Positions 59,881 to 64,000 of a DNA stretch of 64,000 bases are shown here, piece after piece (position 1 is the stretch's first letter; each line of letters begins with the position of its first letter). Both the position numbers and the translations under genes were made by a program. Under the pieces are notes generated by a model. That model searched no databases and was not told where the DNA came from. It saw nothing but the letters and a program-made list of their open reading frames with translations. Source of the DNA: Macrostomum lignano (Eukaryota). The stretch spans positions 8,016 to 72,015 of the forward strand of contig NIVC01002214.1 of NCBI GenBank assembly GCA_002269645.1, given 5' to 3'.

Positions 59881-62044
59881 CTAGCACCATAATCCAGGTC
59901 TTTTAATTAGTTTTTTTAATAAAAGCTTTCAATAAAAAATTTATGCTACTTTTATTATTTTATACACTACTACATGTACATGTATAAGATTCGAACCCAG
60001 GTTGCTGCATTAGCAGTCCTGTGTGTTTACATCTAGGCTAGCTCTCATTGAAATTTTATATGAATTTGTAGCACTTATAATAAAGCACTTGTATGCTTCA
60101 TGTTTGTATGTACGAAATCAATTATCTCCCGAATGGCTTGACCGATTTTCTTCAAACTTGCACTGTTCAATCAGAAATTTTCCCGTGACAGTACATGTAT
60201 CTTGGCTAAGAAATTGCTCAATGCTAAAGGGATTAAATATTCAAAAAACATGCTTTCTTGCAAAGGTCAAGCAGTTCTTTCGACTTGAAATGCATTGTAA
60301 GAATGCTAGAAAAAAAACTGACTGGTTGAATTTTGATTCTGAAATAGATTGCATCACAATATACTTTATTTATCGTCTGCGTACTGGCTGAATTTGACAC
60401 TCAATTGAATTGCGTCACAGCTTTAAGTGTGAAAGCATAGCGCAGTACTGAATTTATATTACGTAACCATATTGTTAACTTTCATAGACCCTGGTACTGA
60501 CTTGCCTAAGAAATTGATTATGTCATAACTGCTTCGTGTGACTTTTTACTCTACCTGACTTGGTGTGAGTGTTGAATTATATAAGTGGTACAAATTCACT
60601 GATAACTTCGATGAGAGCTAGCCTAGAGCTGAACAGACTAGACTGCTAATGCAGCGACCTGGGTTCGAATCTAAGTAGTTTAAAAGTAGTAGTGTAAAAT
60701 TTTTTATTAAAAGCTTTTATTAAAGGACTAAATAAAAACACTTAGATTACTGCACTCAATAAGCCAAGGATTATTGCTATTAATAAACCAAGGATTACTG
60801 CACTCTATAAACCAAGGACTATTGCTCTTGGCAAACCAAGGATTACTGCACTCAAGAAGCCAAGGATTATTGCTATTAATAAAAAAGGATTACTGCACTC
60901 AATAAGCCAAGGATTATTGCTATTAATAAACAAAGGATTACTGCACTCAATAAGCCAAGGATTATTGCTATTAATAAACCAAGGATTACTGCACTTGATT
61001 ATTCAAGGATTATTGCTATTAATAAACCAAGGATTACAAGAAGCCAAGGATTATTGCTATTAATAAACCAAGGATTAATGCACTTGATTAATCAAGGATT
61101 ATTGCTATTAATAAACCAAGGACTACTGCACTCAATAAACCAAGGACTATTGGTTTATCACATACATGCGCAACCTCCGAAATTCGGTCGGCCATGCGAC
61201 TTAGTTTTAACAAAAATGCGACGTAGTTTTTGGCCCAAAATGCGACTTACATGTAAAAAAACAAAGCAAAATAAACGCAACTTTGGGTAAACGGCAGGAG
61301 TAACTATGACTATGTTTTATTAAGCCAAAATGCCTCGTCAGCTACTTAGCACTACTACTTGGTTATTTTTTCGGGTGGGCATTTTTGCGACTTCCTTGGT
61401 TGGCCGCCAAATTGGTCGGCCGGATTGGCCGACTCGGCCGACTGTTGCGCATGTATGGTTTATCAAGTGCAATAATCCTTAGTTTATCAAGTGCAGTAAT
61501 CCTTGGTTTATCTAGCACCATAATCCAGGTCTTTTAATTAGTTTTTTAATAAAAGCTTTCAATAAAAAAATTTATCCTACTTTTATTCTTTTATACACTA
61601 CTACATGTACATGTATAAGATTCAAACCCAGGTTGCTGCATTAGCAGTCCTGTGTGTTTACATCTAGGCCAGCTCTCATTGAAATTTTATATGAATTTGT
61701 AGCACTTATAATTCAACACTCACACCAAGTCAATTGAGTAAAAGTTACACAAAGCAGTTATGACATAATCAATTTTTTAGGCAAGTCAGTACCAGTCTAT
61801 TAAAGTTAGCAATATGGTTACACAATATAAATCAAGTATTGTGCTATGCTTCCACACTGCGTTTTCAATACTATGACGTAATTCAGTGTCAAAATTCAGC
61901 CAGTACATAGACGATAAATAAAAGCCTATTGTTATGATGCAATCTATTTCAGAATCAGAATTCAACCAGTCAGTTTTTTCTCTAGCATTCTTACAATGCA
62001 TTTCAAGTCAAAAGAGCTGCTTGACCTTTGCAAAAAAGCATGTA
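59881..62044. mobile_element. Three copies of a tRNA-headed SINE-like unit in alternating orientation
   Basis: tRNA-like heads at 59987-60046 (-), 60613-60672 (+) and 61618-61677 (-): GCTAGCCTAG...GACTGCTAAT...GGGTTCGAATC. Each leads through an AT-rich body into the 24-bp satellite. Confidence 0.6.
61161..61457. mobile_element. MITE, CATACATGCGCAAC-TIR family (297 bp)
   Basis: Perfect 14-bp TIR; exact 8-bp TSD GTTTATCA. Confidence 0.92.
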
Positions 62045-63165
62045 TCAATATTTCAAAGGTTGTTGGTTAAAAAATGATACAAATACAAATAAAACAGTAA
62101 TATTAATAGAATGTAACTGTGTTTTAAAATAATTTTAGTACCAGGACTTCTCATATAAAGTTATTATAAAAGAAAAATAGACACAAAACTTATTTTGTTA
62201 TAATCTAAATATAGAAGTCAATCATAAAAATGGAAAAAGGTCCTTTATTGTTATAGCACAAAAGTAAAGTTGTATAACTTTTTTAATTTTGGCATATATG
62301 ACAATCACATTTCCAATTTTTGATATAACTTGGCATACATAGGGACCTCTTCCCAAATTTAATTCTAGCGTGCATATGCACTTTCCTGACTATGGGCTAT
62401 AATAAAGTTGAATATTCTATCTTTTAAAAACTATCCCATTGCTGCTACCAAAGTTGACATAGGAATTACTTCTGCCTTCTTGAATTATCCCCCTGATGCT
62501 AAAAAGTTGTAATAATGATTTTGCTTCTATCTTAGTAAATGTCTTAAAAAGCTGACATTACTAAGTTGTTACTGGGGATAAGTCTCTACTTTTTTTAGAA
62601 TGGTCTGAGTATAATTCTTAGAATGTGTCTGAGTATATATCTGATTATTTTTTTACTAGTAGCATTCCTATCATATATGGTAGCATTTTCACTTAGTTCT
62701 AATAGTATTATATATAAATTTGACCTGAGCAATATAATAACTATTATTATTACTGGTATATGTATTGCATATATTTCTTTCAGTCTTAGCATTACCAAGA
62801 TTAGATAGTCATAGCCTCAATATTTTATTTATAAGTAGTTCAAAAGATCTACTTTGTATTCAAGTAAAGTTGCTCGCTTGGTAAGTATAATGAATAAGAA
62901 GGCAAAATCAACATTAAATTAATTTAATTGAATGATGCATTTCGTACAATACTGTGCATCTTCAGGTTTATTTTGAGTGAAAGAAATGAGTGAGATAGGC
63001 AGTAAATAAAACAAAATTTTGGGGTATAAATTCAATCAATATTTGAAATACATGTTTGTTGGTCCAAAAGTCGAGAGGCAAAGTCCAGGGACAGAATGAT
63101 AGCGATAAAGTTTGATGTATATTATGTACATCCAGTGTCCCTTCCCTCAGAACACATGGAGAACA

Positions 63166-63530
63166 TGTCCACCGCCACTGTGTTGGAGTTGAGTGTTGAG
63201 GTTGGGGAATGCACTTTAATGTACAGCACTTCAAGTATCTGGAGTTTGGAGTCAAATGAGCATTGATCAATGACTTTGAAGTGCTCTTTGGGTTTGCAGT
63301 TGGAGAAACTATTATACTCTAAGAGATGGTTTTGGATAGCCAACGGTTTCAGCCAGTGCTCCCTGATTCTAGTGTGTAGGTGCCTTTTTGTCTTCCCCAT
63401 GTAGGAGATGCTCTGATCATCAGAGCAGTGGAACTAATAAACAACACCAGCATGAACTTCTGACTTCAACCAACTGACAAAGTTGCCAACCTTAGCAGAA
63501 TGAAAGATGACATGGATGTTGCAATTAAGT
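63166..63530 (-). mobile_element. Penelope-like element GIY-YIG endonuclease remnant, copy 2
   Basis: Reads GVVY*FHCSDDQSISYMGKTKRHLHTRIREH...KLQILEVLYIK...LN, the PLE GIY-YIG signature. Confidence 0.8.
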
Positions 63531-64000
63531 AAGTTGCAGAATAATTTGCAGATTTTACTTTTGAAAAGTTGAGAAGGATAGCCAAAAAAGGGAGGACAAT
63601 ATATCAAAAATGTAAATAAACATAGTTTTTAAAAATACATTGAAATTTGCATTTTACCTTATTTTGATATATAGTTAGTCTAAATCTCTAATTTGTAATT
63701 TTATTATCTATTAAATTCTAAAGTAATCAAGTTTTACAAGTTATTATAAGTAAAATTATTTTGCTAAATTAGAAATTAGAAATTAGAAATTAGAATTTTA
63801 GAAATTACCAATATTTTAAATGAAAGATTATTTTGTCTAGAATATATTTATAGAGTTTCATATAGATATCATCATTAGTATAGATGCTATTAACCTTAAA
63901 TGACACTTATGGTCGTAATGACAGGATTTTGACATATAGAAACTAAAAGGTAAAAGTCTTTATAACATTTTCATTTTTTATATTTGCAATACATTTTTAA

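Noticed and set aside
60613-60672. Functional tRNA-Ser(GCT)
   Set aside because: The anticodon stem is mispaired, the D loop lacks GG and there is no long variable arm or acceptor pairing; treated as a SINE-like head.

Overview
Eukaryotic (invertebrate metazoan) genomic DNA. GC3-rich spliced genes sit among dense tandem repeats and transposon debris; the style is reminiscent of a free-living flatworm such as Macrostomum, but the species cannot be confirmed from sequence alone. Genes: an orphan 342-aa ORF (-), two paralogous secreted S1 serine proteases (+), a 10-exon triple-KH PCBP/mub gene (-), a SEPT6/8/11-group septin (+), a 57-aa Lys/Ala-rich H1-tail/protamine-like ORF and an intronless H3.3-like histone. 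A tRNA-Sec gene with an upstream TATA box, a T5 terminator and an extra 6-nt duplication in its D arm lies antisense in a septin intron. Mobile DNA: decayed I/Jockey-type LINEs, a mariner pseudogene, a Gypsy integrase remnant, two Penelope GIY-YIG remnants, at least five non-autonomous TIR families with readable target-site duplications (TSDs), and tRNA-headed SINE-like units attached to a 24-bp satellite. Most notable: the D-arm-expanded intronic tRNA-Sec, the basic ORF/H3.3 pair with a possible in-frame splice fusion, a 237-bp perfectly identical tract between the proteases, and a split TIR element whose two ends bracket the histone locus. All exon models are manual readings of the sequence; no database searches were run.
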